Below are positions 32,500-44,101 of a DNA stretch of 64,000 nt, piece after piece. The stretch's first letter is position 1, and every line of letters begins with the position of its first letter. Origin of the DNA: Caulobacterales bacterium (GTDB lineage Bacteria > Pseudomonadota > Alphaproteobacteria > Caulobacterales > Caulobacteraceae). The notes beneath the pieces were generated by a model. It was not told where the DNA came from. It saw only the letters and a program-made list of their open reading frames with translations, and did not search any database. The DNA lies in the NCBI GenBank assembly GCA_038206535.1, contig JBBRAV010000009.1, forward strand, positions 48,638 through 112,637, written 5' to 3'. Both the position numbers and the translations under genes were made by a program.

Positions 32500-33663
32500 A
32501 TGACCGCACAAGATCACACGCGTGTTCGCCCCTGGCGGGCCATCGAACGGCGCAAATCCCGCCAGATTCACGTTGGCTCGGTCCCGGTGGGCGGCGACGC
32601 GCCGATTACCGTGCAGTCCATGACCAACACCGTGACGGGAGACGCCGCGGCGACGATCGACCAGATTCGTCAGCTGGAAGAGGCGGGCGCGGACATAGTG
32701 CGCGTGTCCTGTCCGGACGAAGACGCCACGGCTGCGTTCAAGACGATCGCGAAAGCCTCGCGCGTACCGCTGGTCGCCGACATCCACTTTCACTACAAGC
32801 GCGGCATCGAGGCGGCCAAGGCCGGGGCCGCGTGCCTGCGCATCAATCCGGGAAATATCGGCTCGCCCGCGCGCGTTCGCGAGGTCATTCAGGCGGCGCG
32901 CGACTATGGTTGCTCCATGCGCATCGGCGTCAACGCCGGCTCGTTGGAGCGCGAATTGCTCGAGCGCTATGGCGAACCATGCCCGCAGGCGATGGTCGAA
33001 AGCGCGCTCAACCACGCGCGCATTCTTCAGGACCACGATTTTCACGAATTCAAGATCAGCGTGAAGGCCTCGGACGTGTTCATGACTGTCGCGGCCTACC
33101 AGATGCTGGCCGACGCGGTGGACTGTCCGCTACATCTGGGGGTCACCGAGGCCGGTGCGCTGCGGTCGGGGACCATCAAGTCGGCGATCGGCATGGGGGG
33201 GCTGCTTTGGGCCGGCATCGGCGATACGATCCGCGTCTCGCTCGCCGCCCATCCGGTGGAAGAAATAAAGGCCGGGTTCGATATTCTCAAGTCGCTGGGT
33301 CTGCGCCATCGCGGCGTCAACATAATCGCCTGCCCGTCATGTGCACGGCAGGGTTTCAATGTCATCGACACCGTCGAGAAGCTCGAGGAACGCCTCAAGC
33401 ACGTCACCACTCCCATGAGCCTGTCGATCATCGGCTGCGTGGTCAACGGGCCCGGGGAAGCGCTGATGACCGATGTCGGGTTCACCGGCGGCGGGGCCGG
33501 TTCGGGCATGGTGTATATGGCCGGAAAGCCTGACCACAAGATGGACAACGCCCACATGATCGATCACATCGTCGAGCTTGTCGAGGCGAAGGCCGCCGAA
33601 ATTGACGCTGCATCCGTGGCGCAGGCTCGCGCAGAGAGCGGCGCGCTGCAGGCGGCGGAATAA
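32500..33663 (+). CDS. ispG: 4-hydroxy-3-methylbut-2-en-1-yl diphosphate synthase
   Basis: ATG at 32500. [36 protein letters not shown], and the CPSCAR...GCVVNGPGE Fe-S ligands. Confidence 0.95.
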   Translation: MTAQDHTRVRPWRAIERRKSRQIHVGSVPVGGDAPITVQSMTNTVTGDAAATIDQIRQLEEAGADIVRVSCPDEDATAAFKTIAKASRVPLVADIHFHYKRGIEAAKAGAACLRINPGNIGSPARVREVIQAARDYGCSMRIGVNAGSLERELLERYGEPCPQAMVESALNHARILQDHDFHEFKISVKASDVFMTVAAYQMLADAVDCPLHLGVTEAGALRSGTIKSAIGMGGLLWAGIGDTIRVSLAAHPVEEIKAGFDILKSLGLRHRGVNIIACPSCARQGFNVIDTVEKLEERLKHVTTPMSLSIIGCVVNGPGEALMTDVGFTGGGAGSGMVYMAGKPDHKMDNAHMIDHIVELVEAKAAEIDAASVAQARAESGALQAAE

Positions 33664-33685
33664 GCCTGCGGGCGGGCCGGCGTCC

Positions 33686-34561
33686 TTGACCACGCTCGTT
33701 TCCGCCTGGAAGGCGGCCAAGGCGCGTCTGCAGGCGGCCGGCGTCGACGGTCCGGTGATTGACGCGCGATTGCTTGTCGAGGCTGCGTCGGGAGCCAGTC
33801 GTGTCGATATCATCACCGATCCGCAGCGTCCGCTGACCGACGACCAGGCGCAGGCGCTCGAGGCGCTGGTGTCTCGGCGTGAGAAACGCGAGCCCGTCAG
33901 CCACATCCTGGGCGTGCGCGGCTTCTGGAAGATCATGCTCAAGGTGACGCCCGATGTCCTGACCCCGCGTCCGGATACTGAAAGTCTTCTCGACGTCCTG
34001 TTGCCCAGAATTCCTGCCGACCACGCCGTCTCGGTGCTCGATCTCGGCGTTGGATCGGGGGCCATCCTGCTGGCCATTCTCTCGGAGAGACCCGCGGCGA
34101 GGGGACTTGGCGTCGACGTATCGGCGGAGGCCGTGGCGGTGGCGCGCGAGAACGCCGCGAACCTGGGTCTTGGATCGCGCGTGGCGCTGCTGCGCGGCGA
34201 CTGGACCGGCGGTCTGGCCTCCGACAGCTTCGATGTCGTCGTCGCCAACCCTCCCTACATTCCGACCGGCGAAATTGCCGGCCTCGCGCCGGAAGTCCGT
34301 GACCACGAACCCTTGCTGGCCCTCGACGGCGGACCCGATGGGCTCGACGCCTTTCGCGAGCTCGCGCCGCAGGTGATGCGCGTGCTTCGGTCCGACGGCG
34401 TCTTCGCGGTCGAAGTCGGACTTGGCCAGGCCGCCGAGGTCCAGAGACTGTTCCAGGACGCGGGGGCTGGGAGCGTCTCGATCCACAATGATCTGACCGA
34501 CAGGCCACGCATCGTCGCCGGGATGAAGAAAGCACTTGGAGAACAGTTGCCGACCGGCTAG
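33686..34561 (+). CDS. prmC: peptide chain release factor N5-glutamine methyltransferase
   Basis: In-frame TTG at 33686 after the ispG stop. EPVSHILG, VLTPRPDTE, LDLGVGSGAI, and the catalytic NPPYIP. Confidence 0.85.
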   Translation: MTTLVSAWKAAKARLQAAGVDGPVIDARLLVEAASGASRVDIITDPQRPLTDDQAQALEALVSRREKREPVSHILGVRGFWKIMLKVTPDVLTPRPDTESLLDVLLPRIPADHAVSVLDLGVGSGAILLAILSERPAARGLGVDVSAEAVAVARENAANLGLGSRVALLRGDWTGGLASDSFDVVVANPPYIPTGEIAGLAPEVRDHEPLLALDGGPDGLDAFRELAPQVMRVLRSDGVFAVEVGLGQAAEVQRLFQDAGAGSVSIHNDLTDRPRIVAGMKKALGEQLPTG

Positions 34562-34820
34562 ACCAGTGTCGTCTCCACCTGATTTTCCGGAGTAAGAGGC
34601 CTCGGCGTTTCGCCCTGATGGGGCGGCGCCCAAATCCTCGCCGGGCGCGCGGTCGACAAAATCCTTGCGAATGCGCTCTTTTGGCTGGCCGGTGGAGATA
34701 AGGGAACAAACGCGTCGTTGAGCCGTGGTCTGACGAACGCGACCTCGGAGACAAGTACCGCAAACCGCTGGGAACCACGTCGGGAACGACACGTTGGCGG
34801 TCCGCAACAGGTCGAATAAC

Positions 34821-35837
34821 ATGAGAGATTTCAAGGGTATGAAGCGTCAGCGCGGACGCAACCGCAGTAGCGGTGGCAATAGCGGAAAACCGCAACACAA
34901 TACAAATCGGGCGTTCGATTCCAACGGTCCCGATGGCGTGAAGGTCCGTGGCGCGGCTCAGCACGTGTACGAGAAGTACCAGCAGCTGGCCCGCGACGCG
35001 CATACGGCCGGCGATCGGGTTCTGGCCGAGAACTATTTGCAGCACGCGGAACACTACTTCCGAGTCATGCGCGCGATGCAGCCCCAGCGCCCGATCTCCG
35101 AGATCATCGGGCGCGATCAGTTTGTTTCGGGATATGACATCGACTTCGAAGACGAGAGCGGTCAGGGCGACGCGGGAGACTCGGATACGGCCGACGGCGC
35201 AACGGGCGAAGGCGGCGATGGCGGCGAGCGGTTCGAAACGCGGCGCGACGAGAGGCCGCGTGACGACTATCGTCCACGCGAAGAGACGCGCTATTCGGAG
35301 CAGCGTTCTCGGGACGATCGGAATCAGGGGGATCGCTATCAGGCAGACCGTGGCGCGTCGGAGCGGCCGGCTTCTGATCGAGCGATCTCCGATCGGACGG
35401 CTTCCGAAAGACCTCAAGCCGATCGGACGAGCTCCGAAAGGCCGCAAAGCGATCGCACGCAGCAGGACAGGTCGAGCGGCGAGCGCGCCAGTCGCTCCAC
35501 CCGCGAGGAACGTCCCCGCAACGGTCGCGATGATCGCCCTCGCGGCGAGTCGCGCGCGGGCCAGGCCGAGCGCCCCGCCGTCGATCCGATGACGGTGGTC
35601 GAGCCGCAGGCGACGCCGTTGCCGGCTTCGGTCGCCGCGCCGGCGCCTGGCAACATGCTCCGAGCGGACGATGGCGACGTGAGCCACGCTCCGGCGTTCT
35701 TGCAGGTGCGTCCCGCCGAACCCCGTGACGAAGGAACGGCGGAACCGCGCCGCCCACGCCGGCGCCGCACGCCGGCCAGTTTCGAAAACAGCGACTCTTC
35801 GAAGAGCGCGACCGCGCCGACGTCCGAAGAAGTCTAA
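34821..35837 (+). CDS. DUF4167 domain-containing protein
   Basis: N-terminus RQRGRNR...FDSNGPDGVKVRGAAQHVYEKYQQLARDA...AENYLQHAEHYFR is typical of DUF4167. The C-terminus is low-complexity and R/D/E/S-rich. ATG 34839 is an alternative start. Confidence 0.75.
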   Translation: MRDFKGMKRQRGRNRSSGGNSGKPQHNTNRAFDSNGPDGVKVRGAAQHVYEKYQQLARDAHTAGDRVLAENYLQHAEHYFRVMRAMQPQRPISEIIGRDQFVSGYDIDFEDESGQGDAGDSDTADGATGEGGDGGERFETRRDERPRDDYRPREETRYSEQRSRDDRNQGDRYQADRGASERPASDRAISDRTASERPQADRTSSERPQSDRTQQDRSSGERASRSTREERPRNGRDDRPRGESRAGQAERPAVDPMTVVEPQATPLPASVAAPAPGNMLRADDGDVSHAPAFLQVRPAEPRDEGTAEPRRPRRRRTPASFENSDSSKSATAPTSEEV

Positions 35838-36490
35838 GCCGCGGAGAGGCCGGGGGCCGTTTGCCGACGGTCGAGCCCCAGCCACCGAGCCAGGCCCGGA
35901 AGGATGGGCGAACGCGGCCTTGGGATGCACGCTTCGATGTGAGCCCGCAATGGCTCGACCGGCCCGTCGTTCAGAAAGTGATCGCCTCCGGGGATGGCCT
36001 GGAAGCGCACGGAGCGCACGCTCGTTAGCGCCGCGCCGCCTCGATCGGTGCGAAGTCGTCGGCGTCGCCATAGACAATATGAACGGGAATCCGCAGGCGG
36101 CTCAGTGCGCTGCGTACGTGATCGAGCTGCGCGGGTTGTCCGTGGATTTCCTTGACGGCGTTCTGCAGGTCGCGCGGGATCACGCCGCCCAGCCGCGCGC
36201 CCAGCTGCAACAGGCGCCGCGCGGTGGGACCTGGCTCACCCAGGTAACTCGACAGCAGCATCAGGCCGGCGACTCGCGCCGGTTGCGCGTGCGCCATCAT
36301 AGTCGCGATCGCGCCGCCATAGGATTGACCGATAAGAATCACCCCATGGTCTCTCGCTCCCTCGAGAAGCGGCGCCCGGGCGCGCGCCTGCAGAGCGACC
36401 TCCGCCACACAATAGCCCAACCGACGCCGAGGAGACCTTTGGGTCGATGGTTCGACATTCCGGGCCTCCAGGATTCACCGCAGCGATCAT
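35834..36490 (-). pseudogene. alpha/beta hydrolase, frameshifted/degraded
   Basis: The core ORF 36025-36420 carries nucleophile GQSYGG and IVYGDADDF but ends ...EAARR-TAA. Shifting one frame continues LTSVRSVRFQAIPGGDHFLNDG (catalytic His region) in ORF 35834-36019. Only about 30 in-frame codons precede the nucleophile, and an NPGGPE-like segment lies in a third frame. Confidence 0.45.
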
Positions 36491-36646
36491 TCATCCTCCG
36501 ATGATCGTCACGATCGCCAATAACGCGGTGATCTTGGTTCCGCCGCACTGAACGGCGGATGAACTCTTTGATCTACGCCAAGGCGCCACTCTTGTGTGGT
36601 GTTTAAGCCACACTACATCGGTCTCAACATCGTTTCGCGAGGTTCC

Positions 36647-39229
<2,583 letters not shown>

Positions 39230-39238
39230 CACGAAAGA

Positions 39239-39269
39239 CCCCGCGCCAGGGACTGGCGCGGAGTTGTTT
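39239..39269 (+). terminator. probable intrinsic terminator of clpB
   Basis: CCGCGCCA-gggac-TGGCGCGG (8-bp GC stem) 12 nt after the clpB stop, followed by AGTTGTTT (weak U tract). Confidence 0.45.
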
Positions 39270-39280
39270 GGGCCCGCGGT

Positions 39281-39796
39281 TTAGCGGATCGGGTGGCCGA
39301 TGCGCACGGCGTGATGATAGCCTCCGTGATAAAAGCCGCCGCGGTGGTAACCACCCCAGCCCCAGCCCCGACCATAGTAGGCGGGTCCATAGTAGGCTGG
39401 CGCGTAATAGGCTGGTCCATAATAGCCGGCGTATGGAGCATAGTAGCCAGCGTCATAGGCGTAGGCGGCGCCCAGGGCGGCCCCGGCCGCGACACCCCAA
39501 CCCCATCCGCAGCAACCCCCGCCACCGTGGTAGCCGCCTCGATATCCGCCCCAGCCGCCGTGGTAGCCACCGCCGCCATGGTAACCGCCGCCGCCGTGGT
39601 TACCGCCTCCGCCGTGGTTACCGCCTCCGCCGCCGCCGTTGAAACCGCCACCGACGCGGTGCACGCCGCCGAGGCCTCCGCCCGCCAGCCCGCCGCCGCC
39701 GTGCGTGGCGGCATTGGCTGCTAATGGTGCTGTAGTGGTCAGGACCGAGCCGGCAATCGTAAGAGCCGCAGCGCCTGCGCTGAGTAGCTTGTTCAT
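39281..39796 (-). CDS. secreted glycine/histidine/tyrosine-rich repeat protein
   Basis: AGGAGA Shine-Dalgarno 7 nt before the ATG at 39796. Signal peptide MNKLLSAGAAALTIAGSVLTTTAPLAANA. The mature part is almost entirely G, H, Y, A, W, N, P and R, with GGGG(N/Y)H and (P)AYY(G/A)P repeats. Confidence 0.65.
   Translation of the reverse strand: MNKLLSAGAAALTIAGSVLTTTAPLAANAATHGGGGLAGGGLGGVHRVGGGFNGGGGGGNHGGGGNHGGGGYHGGGGYHGGWGGYRGGYHGGGGCCGWGWGVAAGAALGAAYAYDAGYYAPYAGYYGPAYYAPAYYGPAYYGRGWGWGGYHRGGFYHGGYHHAVRIGHPIR
39560..39631. repeat. four tandem 18-nt repeats inside the Gly/His/Tyr-rich gene
   Basis: Plus-strand units are gtggtagccaccgccgcc, atggtaaccgccgccgcc, gtggttaccgcctccgcc and gtggttaccgcctccgcc. 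The last two are identical. They encode GGGG(Y/N)H on the minus strand. Confidence 0.8.
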
Positions 39797-39946
39797 GTTG
39801 AGTCTCCTGTTCCAGTCGTTGACGGCTCTGACGGACAGTCGCGCCGCCGTTCACCGAGATCTGATCTGGAAACTATCCGGTCGCGCCTGAACCCAATTTG
39901 AACGAGATTGACAGGTTCCTAAAAAGGAACGGAGGGCCGGCGTCGC

Positions 39947-40480
39947 TTAATTCAGCGTCACCGAACGCGCGCCGCCACGCGTTTCCACCCGGCGCATCAC
40001 CGCGATCGGCTCTCCTCGCATATCTGTCGGTTTTGCAAGGGTGATGACAAACCAGGCGCCGTCCGGCAGCCCGGTGAAGCCGAAGCGGTTATCCGCGTCG
40101 CATATCGTCTTTTTCGCGAATCGCGCATAATCGCCCGAGGGCGCCGACGGCGTCCTGGCGCGCACGATGTCGAGAGGCACCGCTGCGGCTACCGGCGAGC
40201 CATAGAGAATGAACATCCGGCGGCGCGTCCAGGTCGTCTCCGGCGTGAGGATAACATCGCCCCCCTGGCAGGTGTAGCGCGAGGCGGGCGTATGGAAGCC
40301 AAGAGACCCGGCAATGGTCCCCGACCCTGGCCGCGTGGACCACGCGAAGTCTTCGGCCCGGAAATCGCTGGCCGAACCGGATAGGGGGGGGGAGGGATAG
40401 GGCGCGACAGGACCCATCGGCTCCTCGGCGCAGGCGGCCAGTGAAGCGGCGGCGAACGTGATGAGGGCAAAGCGTTTCAT
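39947..40480 (-). CDS. hypothetical lipoprotein
   Basis: ATG at 40480. MKRFALITFAAASLAAC lipobox. I recognise no family. Confidence 0.6.
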   Translation of the reverse strand: MKRFALITFAAASLAACAEEPMGPVAPYPSPPLSGSASDFRAEDFAWSTRPGSGTIAGSLGFHTPASRYTCQGGDVILTPETTWTRRRMFILYGSPVAAAVPLDIVRARTPSAPSGDYARFAKKTICDADNRFGFTGLPDGAWFVITLAKPTDMRGEPIAVMRRVETRGGARSVTLN

Positions 40481-40651
40481 GCCTCTCAACCTACGGCGGA
40501 CCGGCAGCGCGGGCAACGGCGGAACGCACGGCGGCAAGTCACGCCCGGCGATTGTCGTCAGGTTTACCCCTTGGCCGGTGCAGACTTAGCGGCGATAACC
40601 TGCCGCGACGACCGTGCGACGGTCGCCGATCGATAGAGGGAACTAGACATC

Positions 40652-41737
40652 ATGAAGGCCGCCGTCCTGCGCGCAGTGAGAACGCCGCTCCAGATCGAAG
40701 ACGTGCAGATCAGCAAGCCAGGCCCGCACGAGGTTCTGATTCGCACCGCCGCGGCCGGTGTCTGCCACTCCGACCTGCATTTCATCGAAGGATCCTATCC
40801 CCACCCTCTGCCGGCGGTCCTGGGCCATGAAAGCGCGGGAATCGTCGAGCAGGTCGGTTCGGAGGTGCGGACAGTTAAGCCGGGCGACCACGTGATAACC
40901 TGCCTTTCGGCTTTCTGCGGTCACTGCGAACATTGCGTCACCGGTCATATGAGCCGTTGCATCAGCTCGGACACCCGTCGCGCCAAGACAGATGAGCCGC
41001 GCCTGTCTCAAGAGACCGGACCGATGATGCAGTATCTGAATCTGTCTTCGTTCGCGGAGCAGATGCTGGTCCACGAACATGCCTGCGTCGCCATCCGCAA
41101 GGACATGCCGCTCGACCGCGCGGCCTTGATCGGCTGCGGCGTGCTGACCGGCGTGTGCTCGGTCTTCAATACCGCCAAGGTTCGGCCAGGCGATACGGTC
41201 GCCGTGATCGGCTGCGGGGGGGTCGGCCTGGCGGCCATCAACGGCGCTGCGATCGCCGGGGCGAGCCGGATCATTGCTGTGGACATGTCCCCGGCAAAGG
41301 ACAATCTCGCCCGCCTGTTCGGGGCGACGGACTTCGTCTGCGCGGCGGATGGCGACGCTGTGGTGACGGTCCTCGAAATGACCCGCGGCGGCGTCGACCA
41401 GAGTTTCGAGGCGGTCGGCCTGAAGGTCACCACCGAACAGGCCTTCGGCATGCTCAAGCGCGGGGGCACGGCCAACATCATCGGGATGATCCCGGTCGGG
41501 CAGACCATCGAGATTTCCGGTGCGGCGCTGCTCGGGGAAAAGAAGCTTCAGGGCTCGCTGATGGGGTCGAACCACTTTCCGGTCGACATGCCCAAGCTGG
41601 TCGACATGTATCTTTCCGGTAAGCTGAAACTGGATGAGATGATCTCGCGGCGGATCAAGCTTGAAGACGTCAACGAGGCCTTCGTGGAAATGAAGACCGG
41701 GGAAATCGCCCGCTCGGTGATCGTGTTCGACGCCTGA
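40652..41737 (+). CDS. zinc-dependent alcohol dehydrogenase family protein
   Basis: GVCHSDLH, GHESAGIV, structural-zinc motif CGHCEHCVTGHMSRC, and Rossmann motif VIGCGGVG. Confidence 0.88.
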   Translation: MKAAVLRAVRTPLQIEDVQISKPGPHEVLIRTAAAGVCHSDLHFIEGSYPHPLPAVLGHESAGIVEQVGSEVRTVKPGDHVITCLSAFCGHCEHCVTGHMSRCISSDTRRAKTDEPRLSQETGPMMQYLNLSSFAEQMLVHEHACVAIRKDMPLDRAALIGCGVLTGVCSVFNTAKVRPGDTVAVIGCGGVGLAAINGAAIAGASRIIAVDMSPAKDNLARLFGATDFVCAADGDAVVTVLEMTRGGVDQSFEAVGLKVTTEQAFGMLKRGGTANIIGMIPVGQTIEISGAALLGEKKLQGSLMGSNHFPVDMPKLVDMYLSGKLKLDEMISRRIKLEDVNEAFVEMKTGEIARSVIVFDA

Positions 41738-41955
41738 CGCGCTGGGCTCGCGCGCCGCGAACACTCGATTTATGGAGGCGACGGGCCGGTGGTGAAAAGG
41801 GCGACGCCTGCTGCGCCGGGCAGACTGCGGACGGCTTCATCATGACACTGCTGTTCACCCTGGTTGCGCTCGGTGCGGCGTTTACACTCGCCGCCGGATG
41901 GGTGAGCACCCTGCGCGAGAGGCCCGGCTGAAAAGGCGATGGCGGAGAAGTAAAC

Positions 41956-42354
41956 ATGGGTGGAGGCGTTCCCGTCCTGCGCGTGGCGCGGCCGACCGAC
42001 GACATCGAGCGCCTGCTGCCATTCTACCGCGACGGCCTGGGTTTCACCTTGCTCTGTCGCTTTGAAAATCACGACGGCTTCGATGGCGTCATGTTGGGCC
42101 GCGAGGGCGCGCCCTATCATTTCGAGTTCACCAGGGCGCGCGGCCACACCGTCGGCATAGCGCCGACCAAGGACAACCTGCTGGTCTTATACCTTCCCGA
42201 CGAAGAGGCGTGGCGCGCGGCGATCGAACGGATGCGCGGCGCCGGGTTCGCGTCCGTGCCGGCGTTCAACCCCTACTGGGACCGCGACGGCGTCACTTTC
42301 GAAGACCCCGACGGTTACCGGATCGTCTTGCAGCAGGCGGCCTGGTCCATATGA
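41956..42354 (+). CDS. VOC (glyoxalase/bleomycin-resistance fold) family protein
   Basis: GGAGAAG Shine-Dalgarno. 132 aa with LPFYRDGLGF...HFEF...FEDPDGYRIVL, the pattern typical of VOC proteins. Confidence 0.75.
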   Translation: MGGGVPVLRVARPTDDIERLLPFYRDGLGFTLLCRFENHDGFDGVMLGREGAPYHFEFTRARGHTVGIAPTKDNLLVLYLPDEEAWRAAIERMRGAGFASVPAFNPYWDRDGVTFEDPDGYRIVLQQAAWSI

Positions 42355-42366
42355 AGGCGCTCAATC

Positions 42367-42765
42367 TCACAAAAGGGTCCGCACTTTTTCCGCCGGCCGA
42401 CACAGGGCCACGCCCTTTGGGGTGACCACGATGGGGCGCTCGACGAGGATTGGGTGGGCGACCATGGCATCCAAGAGGGCTGCGTCCGACATCCCCGGCG
42501 CGGTCAGTCCCAACACCTCGGCGGAGGCGCCGCGGACGCGAAGGACGTCACGCGGTCTTGCGCCCATGCGTTCAAACAGATGGACCAATTGATCGCGCCT
42601 CCATCCGATCTTCAAGTACTCCACCACCTCGGGGACATGGCCCGCCTCGAGAATCGCCGCGAGCGTATCGCGCGACGTACCGCAACTGGGGTTGTGGAAG
42701 ATGGTGATGCTGTTTCGCGCGGCTACATTCCCTGGCGCGCCGGCGGCATGCGATTGCGATTTCAT
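42367..42765 (-). CDS. arsC: arsenate reductase (glutaredoxin-coupled ArsC family)
   Basis: ITIFHNPSCGTSRDTL and HPILVERPIVVTPKGVALCRPAEKV align closely with E. coli ArsC (HNPACGTSRNTL ... HPILINRPIVVTPLGTRLCRPSE). ATG at 42765. Confidence 0.85.
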   Translation of the reverse strand: MKSQSHAAGAPGNVAARNSITIFHNPSCGTSRDTLAAILEAGHVPEVVEYLKIGWRRDQLVHLFERMGARPRDVLRVRGASAEVLGLTAPGMSDAALLDAMVAHPILVERPIVVTPKGVALCRPAEKVRTLL

Positions 42766-42946
42766 GATCCCCCATACAGGTTCAAGCGAACAGCCGACAC
42801 ATAAACCGTTGCGTGCGCGCACCTCATGTGTCGACCCCGGGGCCGGCGACCTATGGCCCGTGGAAAGTTAGCGATCGGCGCCGGAACGCTCGTCTCTCCG
42901 CGTCGTTAGGGCCACGGCGCCGCCTCGCGTCGGGGACATCGCCGCC

Positions 42947-44101
42947 ATGCCGATCACCACGCTTCCGCGCTTCGTGCTTTCATTGGTTTCGTTGGCCCTG
43001 CTCGTCGGGGGGATCTATCTCGCGTGGAGTTGGTACGAAGGCTACGACGTGCATTATGGAGATGGCCTGATCCGGCATGTCAGGGGCGAGTCCTGGCGAC
43101 TTTACGGCGCGCTGGCGCTGAGCGGCTGGTCTTTCCTCGGCCGCTTCGTGGTCCTCATGTTCATCCCGGCCGGGCGGACCGAGCCGCGTGACGATCGCGG
43201 AGAGTCCAGCATCGTGACGGCGCCGGACGGCTCGGCGCTCCACGTCGAGACTCTCGGCGCGCCGGACGGGCCCACCATCGTGCTGACGCATGGCTGGGGC
43301 CTGAACTCCACGGCCTGGTGGTACACCAAACACGCCCTGGCCGATCGCTTTCGCATCGTGGTCTGGGACCTGCCCGGTCTGGGACGCTCAAAGTCGCCGA
43401 AGGATGGCAGGTTCACTATCGATCGGTTCGCCGAAGCGCTGGGCGCGGTGGTGCGCTCGACCGGATCTGACCCGGTGATCCTGGTGGGGCACAGTATCGG
43501 CGGCATGACGACACAGACGTTCTGGCGGGCCTGCCCCGAAGCGCTGCGGCGACAGGTGGTCGGCGCCGTGCTGGTGGACACCACCCATGAAAACCCATTG
43601 CGCACCATGTGGCTGAGCCCGCTCTGGCGGGCCCTGCGCTGGCCGCTGATCGAGCCGATATCCCGGCTGACCATCCTGCTGTCCCCGCTTGTGTGGCTCT
43701 CTAGCTGGCAGGGCTATCTCAACGGTTCGAACCAGCTCGTGATGCGTTTGACCGGCTTCGGCCGGTTCGCCACGCGCGGTCAGGTGGATTTCACCGCACG
43801 CCTGGCGGCCAAGGGGTCGCCCGGGGTGCAGGCGAAGGGCAACCTCGCCATGTTCCGCTGGAGGGCGACCGAAGTGTTGCCGACCGTCCCCGTGCCGATG
43901 CTGGTGCTTACCGGAACAAAGGACATCGTCACGCTTCCGAGCGCCAGCGATCTGATCGCTCAGTCCGCGAAGCGCGTGAGACTGATCAAAGTCGAGGGCG
44001 CCGGGCACATGGGCTTCATGGAACGGTCCGAGGTCTATAATGAAGCGATCGGCGCCTTTGCAGACGATGTCTTCGCAGCCTCACCGCCTTCGCGCGCCTA
44101 G
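42947..44101 (+). CDS. membrane-anchored alpha/beta hydrolase
   Basis: Two N-terminal TM segments, then IVLTHGWG, the nucleophile GHSIGG, and C-terminal GAGHMGF. Confidence 0.82.
   Translation: MPITTLPRFVLSLVSLALLVGGIYLAWSWYEGYDVHYGDGLIRHVRGESWRLYGALALSGWSFLGRFVVLMFIPAGRTEPRDDRGESSIVTAPDGSALHVETLGAPDGPTIVLTHGWGLNSTAWWYTKHALADRFRIVVWDLPGLGRSKSPKDGRFTIDRFAEALGAVVRSTGSDPVILVGHSIGGMTTQTFWRACPEALRRQVVGAVLVDTTHENPLRTMWLSPLWRALRWPLIEPISRLTILLSPLVWLSSWQGYLNGSNQLVMRLTGFGRFATRGQVDFTARLAAKGSPGVQAKGNLAMFRWRATEVLPTVPVPMLVLTGTKDIVTLPSASDLIAQSAKRVRLIKVEGAGHMGFMERSEVYNEAIGAFADDVFAASPPSRA

Noticed and set aside
33939-36077. 712-aa Arg-rich ORF on the minus strand, and the 450-aa ORF 33482-34834.
   Set aside because: They overlap prmC and the DUF4167 gene on the opposite strand. 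The composition (about one third Arg/Pro/Ala/Gly) is typical of out-of-frame GC-rich translation.
39900-39946. An ECF-sigma-type GGAAC promoter and the GTTCC-N6-GGAAC palindrome upstream of the Gly/His/Tyr-rich gene.
   Set aside because: GGAAC is followed by CGTT after only about 10 nt rather than 16-17 nt. The palindrome has only 5-bp arms, too weak to call as a terminator or operator.
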